A stretch of 64,000 nt of DNA from the human T2T-CHM13v2.0 reference genome, Homo sapiens: NCBI RefSeq assembly GCF_009914755.1, contig NC_060931.1, one strand, 5' to 3'. Shown here one piece after another: positions 30,128 to 41,320 of this stretch. Position numbers and translations under genes: made by a program. A model generated the notes under the pieces. It saw only the letters and a list, made by a program, of their open reading frames with translations. It had not been told where the DNA came from and did no database searches. Positions within the stretch are counted from its first letter, which is position 1; every line of letters starts with the position of its first letter.

Positions 30128-31190
30128 TATGGTTTGTAGACATACATACCTATGATAAAGTTTTTAATTTATACATTAGGCACGTTAAGAGATTAACAAT
30201 AACTAATAATAAAATAGAACAATTATAACAATATACCTTCATAAAAGTTACGTGAACATAGTGTCTCTCTTTCTCAAAATATCTTATCATACTGTACTGA
30301 GGAAAACTGAAACCTTGGAAAGTGAAACCATGAATAAGGGGGGACTGGGGGACTACTGTACCTCTGTTTGAGGTGAGGCAGAAAGGGTTTCATGGAAAAG
30401 GAGGGTGTGAGATGAGCACACATGCTTGGATTTTGGCCAGCAGAGATGGCAGAAGGCAAAAACAGGGGTAGAAACATAAAGATACAAGATATGACTAACT
30501 AGAATATCCAAACAGGGAAGCTTTGACTGTCATTGTGAATGACCTTGTAAATGGGGTCCCGTAGGCAGTAAGGAGACAGGGATAAAATGACTGGCACCTG
30601 GCAGTCAGGGCAAGGAGGCCCTGAGGCAGGGAGATGAGTTAGGAGACTCTGTAGGACTAAAGCAAATAAACAAGAGAATCCATTCCTATAATTTTGAGAA
30701 AGTGGGCTGCAAGGGATTTGAGTATGTGTTTGTTCAGGAGATGGTAAAAGGAGGTAAAGGAAAGGAAGGTGCCAGAAAAACCAGCAGGAGCAACCCCGTG
30801 AATAGCTTATCTAGATGGAAATTTTCAACAGCGAGTTGAAAATATGCCTCAAGGGAGAATAGATACAGATGTGGAAGCATTGGTGCTAGAGTCCTAAGGA
30901 TCCCTGGGATTCTCAAGATAAACAGTACTATCTGCTCTTTTTAAGTTTCTCCTCAAAAATTTATTTCATTCTTAGTGGAACATTTTTCTTTAGGAAGTAG
31001 GAGGAGATAACACAGCAAAGTAAGGGTCAGAGATGGAACAGTCAGAGAGGTCGAAAGAGCTCCCAGGTGGTATGGTATCAGAGAAGTTAAAGGAAAAGAG
31101 AGGTTTAGAGAGTGAGAGTACGAGAGATTAACCTCCTCAAACACTGCAGAGAAGTTCAATGGCATGAACACTAAGCAAAGACCTTCCCCA
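29775..31190 (-). mobile_element. L2 fragments, interrupted by MER44
   Basis: Antisense L2 3' end (GAGCAGCTACTATGTGCAG...TGCCAAGTGCT) followed by purine-rich L2 body. Confidence 0.55.
30008..30358. mobile_element. MER44 (Tigger7-derived) with internal (TA)13 at 30097-30122
   Basis: TA|CACTAGTCCCTTCTTATCC ... GAATAAGGGGGGACT(GGGGGACT)ACTG|TA terminal inverted repeats. Confidence 0.85.
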
Positions 31191-32015
31191 CTAATTCTGT
31201 CATATACTATTAAGACACCTGGCATAGCACTTATTATGTAATATTTTGCTTATTATTCTTCGCCATTAGGTAGGGACTACTTGATATTGTTAATTTTTTT
31301 ATTTTCATTATGCTTCACTAGTAAATGAGTGACTGAATGGATGAACACATGAATGAAAATGTTAATTGTGATGGAAATAGTAGTTTCAGCAGAGAAGTGG
31401 GTGTGGAAGCCCAATTCCAATGCCTAAAATAAACAAATAATGGTAAGAAAAGTCAAGGAGATATGCTGAGATATATAGTTTTCTTTTTTAAGGAAAAACC
31501 AAACAACCCCAAAACTCAAGTTCTTATAATGTTTGGCTTTAATTGTGATGATTAAAAAAAAAAAAAGAACTGCCATCGTATCAGGAAATGTTTTTTCAGA
31601 CAGCTAGTTTAGAGGAGAAAGTTCTGCTAAGACATTTCTGTTTGAGACAGTTGACCCAGTGGGACTTTTGGAAAGATTTAGATTATAAGAAAAGCCTCTG
31701 ACAAATATCTATGAAAGCAAGATTAAAACAATAATGTACACAATCAACTGAGGTCCAGCGGTTTGTAAACCAGTGCCAGTCGGGATGCTCAGAGCTGGGA
31801 ACGGTGATCTTCAGGCAGCCAGGTGAGACTAATCTGGAGAAGCTTTAGGAAGGAGATAAATTTAAGCTGTTTTGAAAGGGGACTATTCTAGTCAATTGGC
31901 AAAGAGTCTTAAAGCACAGGATTAGGAATTTTAATTTGATTACTCGAGGTAATTTGGAGCTACCCCACTGTTGTGAAGATTTGGTATAAATGTTGTTTGG
32001 AAGATGATTCATTTC

Positions 32016-32195
32016 CATAGTTCTTAACTCTGGCTGCGTATTAGAGTTATCTGGAGAGCTCTGAAAAAATCCTGGCACCCAGGCTGTGCTCCAGAGCAAT
32101 TAAGTCTGGGATGGCATCAAAGCATCAGTGCTTTGTTTTGTTTCTTAAAGTTCTCTGGGTGATTTCAATAAAGAGCCAAAAATTAAGAAGCACTG
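32016..32195. mobile_element. MER5-family hAT element
   Basis: CATAGTTCTTAACTCTGGCTGCGTATTAGAGTTATCTGGAGAGCT...GGTGATTTCAAT...TTAAGAAGCACTG. Confidence 0.7.
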
Positions 32196-35100
32196 CTCTG
32201 AGTATAGGATAAATTGCAAGGAAGCAAGAGAGAGGCTAGAATTAGAAAGGTTAGCAAGGAGGCTGGAAATTGGAATCTGACCTAGCTTTGTGAGCAGAGA
32301 TAAAAGGAGTGAAGCTAAATAAAGTATTCTGAAGGAAAACTTGGTTGGACTTTGTGATGCATGCCAGTTGCATTTTTAAATAAAGCTATCCTCCAGGAGT
32401 GTCACTGCTTTTACTATGATGGATTAGTTGAAAAACAAGTACACAGGATTTGCTTTTGCTAAAATTCGGGGCTATTAGCAAAATTCTCAATTTCTGTAGG
32501 AGCAAAGCAGGTCAGAAGAGAAAAGAAAATGTAATCACATTAAAAGTGTATGTTGTTTACATTTGAAGGAGGAAACAAAATTGAGTGATGGATGCTCCTG
32601 AATTAAGAATCAAAATTCAAATTTTAAATTGAATTACCGTTGGGAGATACTGGGCTGTGGTAAAATTATGATCCCTTTAGAGTAACCTTGAAGGAAATGA
32701 AAAGTCAGACTATTAAGGACACTGAAGAGAAAGATCCACCATCATTCTCAATCATATCATTCCCCTTTCTTGGAATGAAGAATTTGTAACCGGTATGGGA
32801 AATGGATGGTGGTGTCTCAGTATGATGACCTCTCAGAAAGCTGAGTTGGGAACCAATGATGGGAGTTCCAATGTTTAACTGAGAACACTTTAAATTTATC
32901 CTGGCATGTCCCACCTTTAAAGTTTAGAGGAAGGGCAGAATGTTATAAAATGGGAATATCATTTATAAAAGGAAATAGTGTTTCCTTTTATAACTGTATA
33001 TGAGTATTTGATACAATACTCATCTGACACTGAGAGAGGAACTTCACCGGCAAGAGCTTTCTGAAGGGGAGCAATCAAAGACAGTTATTGGAGCAAAATC
33101 ATTTTTCTGACTCTAAGAATGAAGCTGAGTCTTACGGCAGTGATAAGCCTCCATCTGATAGCTGCTGTCATTACTTAGAGCACAGACTTGGAACTGCAAA
33201 TGAAAGATAATTGTTCCTGTATTCCTGCTCCCAAATGCTGGGTCTCTGGTAGATGCAGAGATAAAGCAGTTGGCCAGGAGTGGTGCCAGCTTTAAGTCAG
33301 GTAGGTCTGCATGTAATTTGAGGGGCAGAGCCTACCCCAAACCCTCCCTCCCTAAAACTTCCTCAGTTAACATCATTCTACTTGCAGGGAGCAGGGGTAG
33401 AGTAGGTTAGGACATTGTTTCCAGAAGACCCTTGAGGAAATAAAAGTGCACTATTAAGGATCACTAACATATCTGGAAATGACATTCATACCCTACCTCC
33501 CACCCCAACCCCAGAGAAGCTCAGGGCAAGTAACTAAGTGGCTGGGTCCAAGGGGATGTGTTAAGGTTAAGAGTCAGAAGGGAAAAGAGTTCACAAGCCT
33601 GGGTAGGGTACAGCAGGGAGGACCCATGGGTGTCCTGTGAGAAGCAAGTGGGCCTGGGGCAGCAAGAAGGACCTGAAAGGTCTTGCTGACACCCCGAGAA
33701 GACAAACCCCATCCTTCCGCTTTGTCTCTGCCTTGGGCTCCGAGCCCACTCCACTTCATTTCATCCAGCCATCCTGACTACAGGGGGCCCAAAGCTACTC
33801 TGTGCCCTGGGCACGTTTGAGTCTCCTTAAATGCTTCCAATTACCTTTGCCTGGGTTTGTGGTTCCAGGAAAGAAGGTTCTAAATTAACACTGTACAAGG
33901 CCCCCCTGCATGTTGGTTTGCAAAATTAATGATCCTAATGGAAAAGTAAATTAATCTTTGATGCTTGGTTGAGGATAAACACAAAAATCACTGTTTTGGA
34001 CACTGGACCTTCTTAATACATCTCATCAATAGTATTTTCTCTCTCCCTTCCATGCCTGCCACATTCACAAAGAGAGGAGACAATACAACTTATAACTTCA
34101 TCTCTGAATCCAAAGGGCCATGATGCACGCATTTATTCTGCAAACACTTATTAATGGTCTGGTTTGTGCAAGGTGCCCAAGAGAAGCCAGGAAAGGCTGC
34201 ACAGAGGAGGCCACCTCATAACACTCCTCACACGTAAAGTTTGACTTGCACTTTCTACGTTCATGGTTTGAAAAGATTGCAGTAAGCATTTTGTAAAATG
34301 TAAATTACATTCTTCAATTTTAGGAAGAACACAATAGTTTTTCCAAAAGCCGCCTGTCACAGGTCTGAGGGTTCACAGAGCTCTTTTAAGGGGATCGGAA
34401 GTTCTCTGGCTGCCTTGCTATGTTTTTCTAGCCAGAAGTCTCTGCTGCAGTGCATTGCTCAGTTCCTTTCAACTGAAAAATTAAATCTGCACTTCTGTCA
34501 AAATGTGTCATCTACACATCCGGACACTCATCACAGTTCACCAAGCTCTACGCAGAGTCCAGGCTGAAAGGATGGCATGCCCTCCCCAACCCCACCCTTT
34601 TGAGGTCTGGGAAGCCCAGGTGCTGGGGAGGAGCTGAACAACTGTGTCCAGGGAGTGTCTGGCAAAGCCGACCCAGGGAGTTCCACGGGAGCCTCGGTGC
34701 TATGAAAAGAGCCAGTGTCCATGCATTTCCTCGGGTGTGAATCACACTGCCCGGTCGGGCCTTTGGGAAAAAATTAATGAAGGACACAGTCAGCGCCGTA
34801 GAACCTGCCAAATACACATCAGATCCAGTGGAGTCTGTGAAGGGGGAGGGGGAGATTTTTCCAGAGGCTTTTCTTCTCGTTCCATTTCTCTTTTGTGCCC
34901 CACGACTGGGTTCTTGAATGTAAAACTCTCAGAAAGGTCAGGGCGGAGCCTGTTTTATGCCCCGAGGAGTATCTTGCCCACCCGTAAATGCTGACAGACA
35001 GCTGCGACTTCGGCCCAGGAGACCCGGCGGGGACTGGGTCCGACCAGCCCTCTCTCGCGGGCGCAGGTCCGGGACCCCTGAAGCGAGCCGGCCGGGCGCA

Positions 35101-35271
35101 GAGCGCAGTCAGTCTGGGCGCTCAGAAGCTGGGAGGGGGCTCCACCTGGGCGCCCAGCCGCGGCGGGAGGGGCGGGGCCCGGCTTTCCGGAGGCGGTGGC
35201 ACCTCCTCGCGCCCGAGCGCGCGCTCCCCGACGTCCGGCGCACGCGCGAGGCCGGCTGGGAGCGCGCCCAA

Positions 35272-35325
35272 GCGGCGGCGGCGGCGGCGGCTGGAGGAGG
35301 AGGAGGAGGAGGAGGAGGAGGAGGA
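35272..35325 (+). repeat. Compound trinucleotide repeat (GCG)6-GCT-(GGA)11
   Basis: Counted directly: GCG x6 35272-35289, GCT, GGA x11 35293-35325. Confidence 0.98.
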
Positions 35326-35339
35326 GGGCGGCTGAGGCG

Positions 35340-35588
35340 CGGCTGGCTGCGCGCGCGGAGGCAGCGGCGGGGGCGACCGGAGCTGGGGCAGAGTGGGGAG
35401 CGAGGGAGGGGGAGGAGAGAGAGGGAGGCGGAGGGCAGTGAGAGACGCATTTCCAGTTCTCAACTACGAGCCACGAGTTTGCAGATGGGGCTGCTCGGCG
35501 GCGCCTGTGGCTGAGGGAGAGCAGCGGCGGCGGGGAGCGACCGGGAGCGGCGGCAGCGGCGGCGCGGAGGCGGCTGAGGTGCGAGCCG
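35340..35588 (+). other. PALS2: Non-coding first exon (5' UTR), probably PALS2/MPP6; 5' boundary uncertain
   Basis: Ends at CCG|GTGAGT; GAGAGACGCATTTCCAGTTCTCAACTACGAGCC...GAGGTGCGAGCCG matches my recollection of the MPP6 mRNA leader. No coding exon is in the window to confirm the gene. Confidence 0.6.
35485..35514 (+). CDS. Upstream ORF MGLLGGACG* in first exon (translation not shown)
   Basis: cagATGg GGG CTG CTC GGC GGC GCC TGT GGC TGA wholly within exon 1. Confidence 0.45.
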   Translation: MGLLGGACG

Positions 35589-38500
35589 GTGAGTTAACTG
35601 GACCCCCACGCCGCTCGGGTAACGGTCGCGCCGCGCGCCGGGCCGGCCGGGGGCGCCCTGTTGCTCGGCGCGGCGCGCCACGCGGGGACCCTGGCCCGCC
35701 CCGCCCCCCTCGGCACCTGGGCTTCGGCGGGCGCGGGGAAGAGGGACCGGCAGGCGGCGGCGGCGGCGCCGCGGTCGGGGAGGCTGCTGGCCGCCCCCAG
35801 CCCGGCCCGCGCGGAAGGGGCGCTCGGCCGGGCTCCTGCCTCTCTGGCTGCGGGCGGCTGGGCGGGCCGGAGCTCGGCAACGTGTCTGGCCCATGCTGCT
35901 TGCCGCCGCTCCCCACGCGCTCCCCGGCGCGGCCCCGACTGGGGCTAGGGCCGCAGACGCGCGGGGCCCCTTCGGGCGCGGGGCTTGGGTGCCTACACCT
36001 CTGCGGCGGGAGTCGCGGTGGAGCCTGAATGGAGAGCCGGCCTGGGGGCGGCGTTGCTGTGACTGACACCTCCGGGGTCTGTCCCGAGAGGGGGTGATTC
36101 CGCCGGCTCCCGGTTCTCTCCCGAGCTCGGAGTTGGTAGGGGAGGAGGCTTTCTCCAACTACCGCCGCTACTTCCGAGGTACGAGACTCCAGTTGTTTGG
36201 CCAAAGTGGCTGTGGGCCGAGCACAGGCTGCCGCGGGGGCGTTCGCTGCTGAGATCGTGCTCGCGGATTCTCGGTACGTTTGTCTGAAACCAAATAGGTG
36301 CTGGGGCTTTTTTATTTTGGCTGGGTGGAGGGTCAGCAGGGGAGTCGATTGAGGTATCCGACCGTGTGGTGACAGGATGTGGATTGGTTGGTAGATGTTT
36401 TTTTGCAGAAGGACTTTTTAACACTTTACTGGGAGTTTATTCTCAATCCTACCAGTTTCTGGGATTGCAGCTCGAGATTACATTTGTTAAACTTCCATCA
36501 GTTGGGTGTGCATCTGTGTAGGGGGTGGGGGTGAAGCGAGGGAGAGAATTGAAGACTGCCGGGGAAGCTCAGAAAATTCTCCGCATTACTTATAAACAGC
36601 CGGGTAAGGTCAGGCTAGCCACGTTTTATTCTTTCCTACGCCTTTGGAGAGTGTTGGAATTTTACTTTGTGCTTCAAGTATATTACAAGTGGTCTTGTAG
36701 TGTAGCTGAGAACGTTTGGGGTGCGTTAAAATGCGTTTCAATTGGAGTATGATTTAGCAGCCATTTCTTCCCGTGAAATTTTGCAAATCATTTGTAAACT
36801 TATGTTGGTCGAATATACCAGGCGAAGTAACATTTTTAGTAATGCGGTATATAGTTTCCGTATATAGGTATAGCAACGGACCTCAAGTAATATTGCTTAT
36901 TGTAGGCATCTACTGTGCAATGATAGGGTAGTGGGTAGTAGGCCTGATTATAGTTATGTCTTCTGAGGCCTTGTTAACAGTAAACAAAGAACTTTTGTGG
37001 GTTGTGTCATTTTGAGGTCATTTGTACCTTAAATCTATCATATATTTAAATAGGTGTTTAAATGCGTGTTTGCACGATGTGTTACTCTTTAAGGTCCATG
37101 TTTCCTTCATTCTGGACTACGGTTACATAATACACAAATGGTAACACTTTTAATTGCTCAATTTTGTCCTATGGAGACTGCACACCATCTTTATGAAAGA
37201 GGTGTGTATGTGTCCTTACTGATGCCACCGAATTCTTGACATCTGGAATGTCAAAATGAATTATTTTGCATTCTAGGTTAAATCAACACTGGAAAAATTA
37301 AGGTGTTTAAGCAAGTCTAGTAGCTCTATATAAGACAGAATCTTTTTTTTTCTTTAGGCCAACTGTTGGATTTTTAAAAATGAATCATATTTTTAAACAT
37401 TTGAGGGAGCAGTTTGCTTCTGAGTCTCATTTTAGGCTGAAATTGTTCCAGAGCACTACATAGCCTGCTTCTCTCTTTCTCTCCCCACTCCCCCTCTTTT
37501 TAGCTTGAGATAACCAAGAAGACATAACTGTGACTCTATGTGTTATCTTTTTAAAAAGTTGTTTTAAAATTGAAGTTGCTTGTTTGAATATTTACTATCC
37601 CTTTACATGCTTTACTACTTAATAATGGATTAGCAGAATAAAACAGATATTTTAATTAAATGTCTTTCATATTTTTGACATCTGAGCTTTGTAAAAATGG
37701 AGTAGCATCATATTATTGCTGAGAGAGTTACAAATAATACAGGATTAGTGCTAGTCAAAGGCTAATTGTAAAAAAACAGCCAGAAAATAAAATTAAAAGA
37801 GGTAAGAGGACGCATTTATACTTTTGACATCACTCTAATATAAATTACCTATTGCTAGGTGACTTTTGAAAAAGAGTATCTTGTAAAATTCACATTAGGT
37901 ATATAATAGTTAATAATTTTTCCTTCCAGAGTGATTCACTTGATGAGTGACTAGATTTTTTTTTTTTAAATCAGAACTCTACTTCAGGTAAGTATAGTTA
38001 ACCATGTAAGTGATGTGCTGATGTTTATTTCAGGAAGAATGAACACTTACCCATTTGATAAATACTGAACTGTTTGGGAATATGTCAGTTATTCCTTAAA
38101 ACTTAGGCGGAGAAAAATTATGCTAGTTTTGTTTTAACTGTAGGTTCTTTAGAAAAGTAGTCTTCACATTTATAAATATAAGAGCAGATAAGCACAAGAG
38201 ATCTCTTTCCTGATATGGTGCTAGTATTGAATTAAAGATTTTATTTTTTTGTTGTAGGGACCAGTTTTGTTTAGTCTTCCTGTTCAGTCTCACAGAAGCT
38301 GCAATGATTTTCCTCCTTTTCTGTTACTTGTATCTGACCACTGGGGGGAGACTTTACAATTGGGCTTGACCATATTCCTTCTTTACATACATTGGCTGCT
38401 AATCCTGGGCACTTTGTCAAACTGCTGGGTAGTGTGCTGAGGAGGATGCACTCTGAAGCAAGTCTCAATCAAGGTGTTTAATGACTTTTCTTTCTTTAAC

Positions 38501-39599
38501 TCACAGCATGCTTACAAAGTATCATTCTTTATAGACTGTGTTATTAACAGTCTACTGTTAAGTGGTCTAAGTATGCCTCTAACATAATGAAAGATAAGAT
38601 TCCTGAATACATTATAGCTTTCAAAGATCCGACTTTACTTGCATTAATCTTAGAAGCAGTGTAGGTTTAATTGCTTGCTTAGAGTACACAGATATTAGTT
38701 GTCTGGAAGGATCTGGAAAGATCATCACTCTTCTGTGAAGTGTATCTATATCCAAACCCTTTAAACAAATTGGTCTCCTCTTATAAAAAGCTTTTGGAGG
38801 AGAAGATATTGAAGCATCCCATGTAGCTAATTTTAGTGTTCATTTCACCGCAGAGGGGAAGTTCTTCCTTTATCATAGTCATATAGATAAGATTAAAGCC
38901 CACAACTTTGTTAACCATTAAGCTGTGACCATTATTACCAGGTGTAATAAAGTCAAAAGCCTGGTTTCTACTTTTTCTTTTCTGACAGTATTTAACCTTG
39001 TTAATGTCCAATTCAATAATAATGAACTCAGTAAACAGAGGCTGCTACGTTTATAGTAGTTTAGAAAGAACTTAAGTTTTATGACCTTCCTTAATTATGA
39101 TAGACTAATTCAAAGACCTTTCTATAATCTTTATCATAGTAAGTATATTCACAGAGTAATGAACAGAACAAAATTAGTTTCTATTTTTCCTTCATCCTAG
39201 GTTATTTTCCTTCTTTCCTTTAAGATGACTTTGCTTTCATCCGAAAATTCTTTTTTCCTTTTTTCCTTTTTTTTTTTTTTTAATATAGTGTACTAGAAGA
39301 GATACTTTCTGCTTAGGAATATATTCATCTCTGGCTAACTTTAGGATTGTGTTAAGTACTTGGGAATGGAAGTTTCTAAAAGCCTATCTGTCAGAGTTAT
39401 CACTGATACAAGGCAAAATGAGAATTAAAGACAATATAATGAATATTTCATAAAGCTCAAGTTATTTTCAGATCCTTTCTACTGCTTGCTAGTTTTGTAC
39501 ATGATTTAATCCCTCCTTCACCAATTTACATCTTTTCCTCTTAAATCTATCATTTCTTTACCCTCTTCCTCCACTTTTTGCTATATTTCATCTACATTG

Positions 39600-40322
39600 C
39601 CCTTCATTTTGTTCCTCATCAATGCCATGGCTTGCTCCTAACTTAGGGCTTTTGCACTATGTTCACTCTGTTGGGAACTCTTCCTAAATCATTACATGAG
39701 TGACTACTTTTCATCATTTCATGTTGTAGTTCAAATATCATCTTTTCAGACAAGCATTGCTACCTAACCATCCTTCCAGAATGACACTAGCCTCATCCCC
39801 CTCAATCCCATTACCTTTTTTACTTAAAAATTTCTTCAAACCATTTATCAGTATCTGAAATTATGTTTTTATATTATTTTATAATCTCCATACTCACTAG
39901 AATATAAGCCCCGTGATATCAATGATCTTGTCTCTTTTTGTTTTTGTTTTTGAGATAGAATCTCACTCGGTCACCCCAGGCTGGAGTGCAGTGGTGTGTG
40001 TGATCACGGCTCACTGCAGCCTGGAACTCCTAGGCTCAAGTGATCCTCCCACCTCAGCCTCCTGGTAGCTAGGACTATAGGCAACAACTACCATGCCGAG
40101 CTAATTAAAAAAAAAAAATTCTGTAGAAATGGAGTCTTGCTGTGTGTGTTGCCCAGGCTGCTCTCAAACTCCTGATCTCAAGGGATTCTCTCGCCTCAGT
40201 GCCTCAAAGCACTGGGATCATAAGCATGAACCACCACACCCTGCTGATCTTGTCTCTTTTGATTAACACTATATTTCAAGGACTTAGACCTGTTCCTGGC
40301 ACATAGCTGTCATTAAATAAAT
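39600..40322 (+). mobile_element. L2 3' region interrupted by AluJ
   Basis: TAGGGCTTTTGCACTATG...CACTAGAATATAAGCCCCGTGA...CCTGGCACATAG. Confidence 0.7.
39939..40244 (-). mobile_element. AluJ
   Basis: Antisense dimer; 16-bp TSD TGATCTTGTCTCTTTT at 39923-39938 and 40245-40260. Confidence 0.93.
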
Positions 40323-41004
40323 CATCCTTTTAAAAAATCTGAGGTCATGTTCTTTCTGAGGTTTCGGTGTTCAAATGCTCCTTTATAAAATGATAGTAGT
40401 ATGGTAAACAGGCCTCTTTTGGCCATAAGTAATAGAAATCCATTCTAGTTGTTATAAAGGGAATTTATCGTTCAAATGCAGCCAATGTCCAGTGGAATGC
40501 AAGGACTGGGACTCCAGTGCCTGCAGGGCACATCATATCGTTTCTCTCTTCTTCTCTGTGCGTTTGCTTCATTCCTTCTCTTGCTGCAGAGGACCACTTC
40601 TAGTCCTCTTAGTGGAAAATATGGCCACCAGTAGCTTCTGAGTTTTCATGATACCAGCCTGGGAAACTGGAGAAAGGTTCATCTAGTTCTTCCCTGTTCA
40701 ATAAACTATATCTCATTATTAGAACTTGGTTGTACTTGCTGTAACCACATGTAATGGGATTAAACAGACAATCCAAGTAGGTGCCCCTGTGATAATTAAT
40801 GTTCATACTTATTCATCTGCTGCAAAACACTCGTCTCTCCTCTTTTTAAATTTGATCTTGAAATCTGAAGTATCTGAAAAGCACTCTTCCTGGAGATATA
40901 GAAAAGAAATGTGATATCTTTCATGGGCATGATTTGCAGTTTGATTGAGGAAGATAAAATATATACAAAAAGGAAGTAAAATAAAAATAGCATGATAATG
41001 GAGG

Positions 41005-41320
41005 AACTGGTAGAAATATTTGCAATTTGTATGATAAATAAGAGTCTAACTTCCTTTATATAAAGTACCTACTAACCAATTAGGAAAAGACCAACCATCA
41101 AGTGGGCAAAGATCATGAACAGAGTAATTCTCAGAAAAGGAAATGCAAGTGTTTTGTAAGCATCTGTAAAGGTATTCAACCTCACACATAATACAAATAT
41201 TATAAATAAAAACTATGAGATACTGTTTCACCTACTGACAGATGGAAAATGTTTGATAATACTTTTGAAGAGGCTATTAGTTAACAGGGGCTTTCACATT
41301 GTTGGTGGAAACACAAATCA
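41005..41320 (+). mobile_element. Old L1M ORF2 3' fragment
   Basis: AATATTTGCAA...GTGGGCAAAGATCATGAACAGA...TTCAACCTCAC...ATGAGATACTGTTTCACC. Confidence 0.7.

Larger units (their letters stand above)
34930..36370. promoter_or_regulatory. CpG island promoter (TATA-less)
   Basis: Abrupt GC- and CpG-rich ~1.4 kb segment free of interspersed repeats; GC box GGGGCGGGG 35169-35177; NRF1-like GCGCACGCGC ~35238-35247; strong splice donor within. Confidence 0.97.

Noticed and set aside
31600-31822. Possible + strand exon (TTTTTTCAG ... CAG|GTGAGA) upstream of the promoter
   Set aside because: No upstream promoter or supporting frame; such pairs are common by chance.
34957-36424. Many overlapping 100-246 aa ORFs on both strands of the CpG island
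   Set aside because: Low-complexity Arg/Gly/Pro/Ala translations expected from stop-poor GC-rich DNA; they cross the splice donor and resemble no family I recognise.
38335-38353. CTCF-like TGACCACTGGGGGGAGACT
   Set aside because: Mismatches at highly conserved core positions; cannot be supported without ChIP data.
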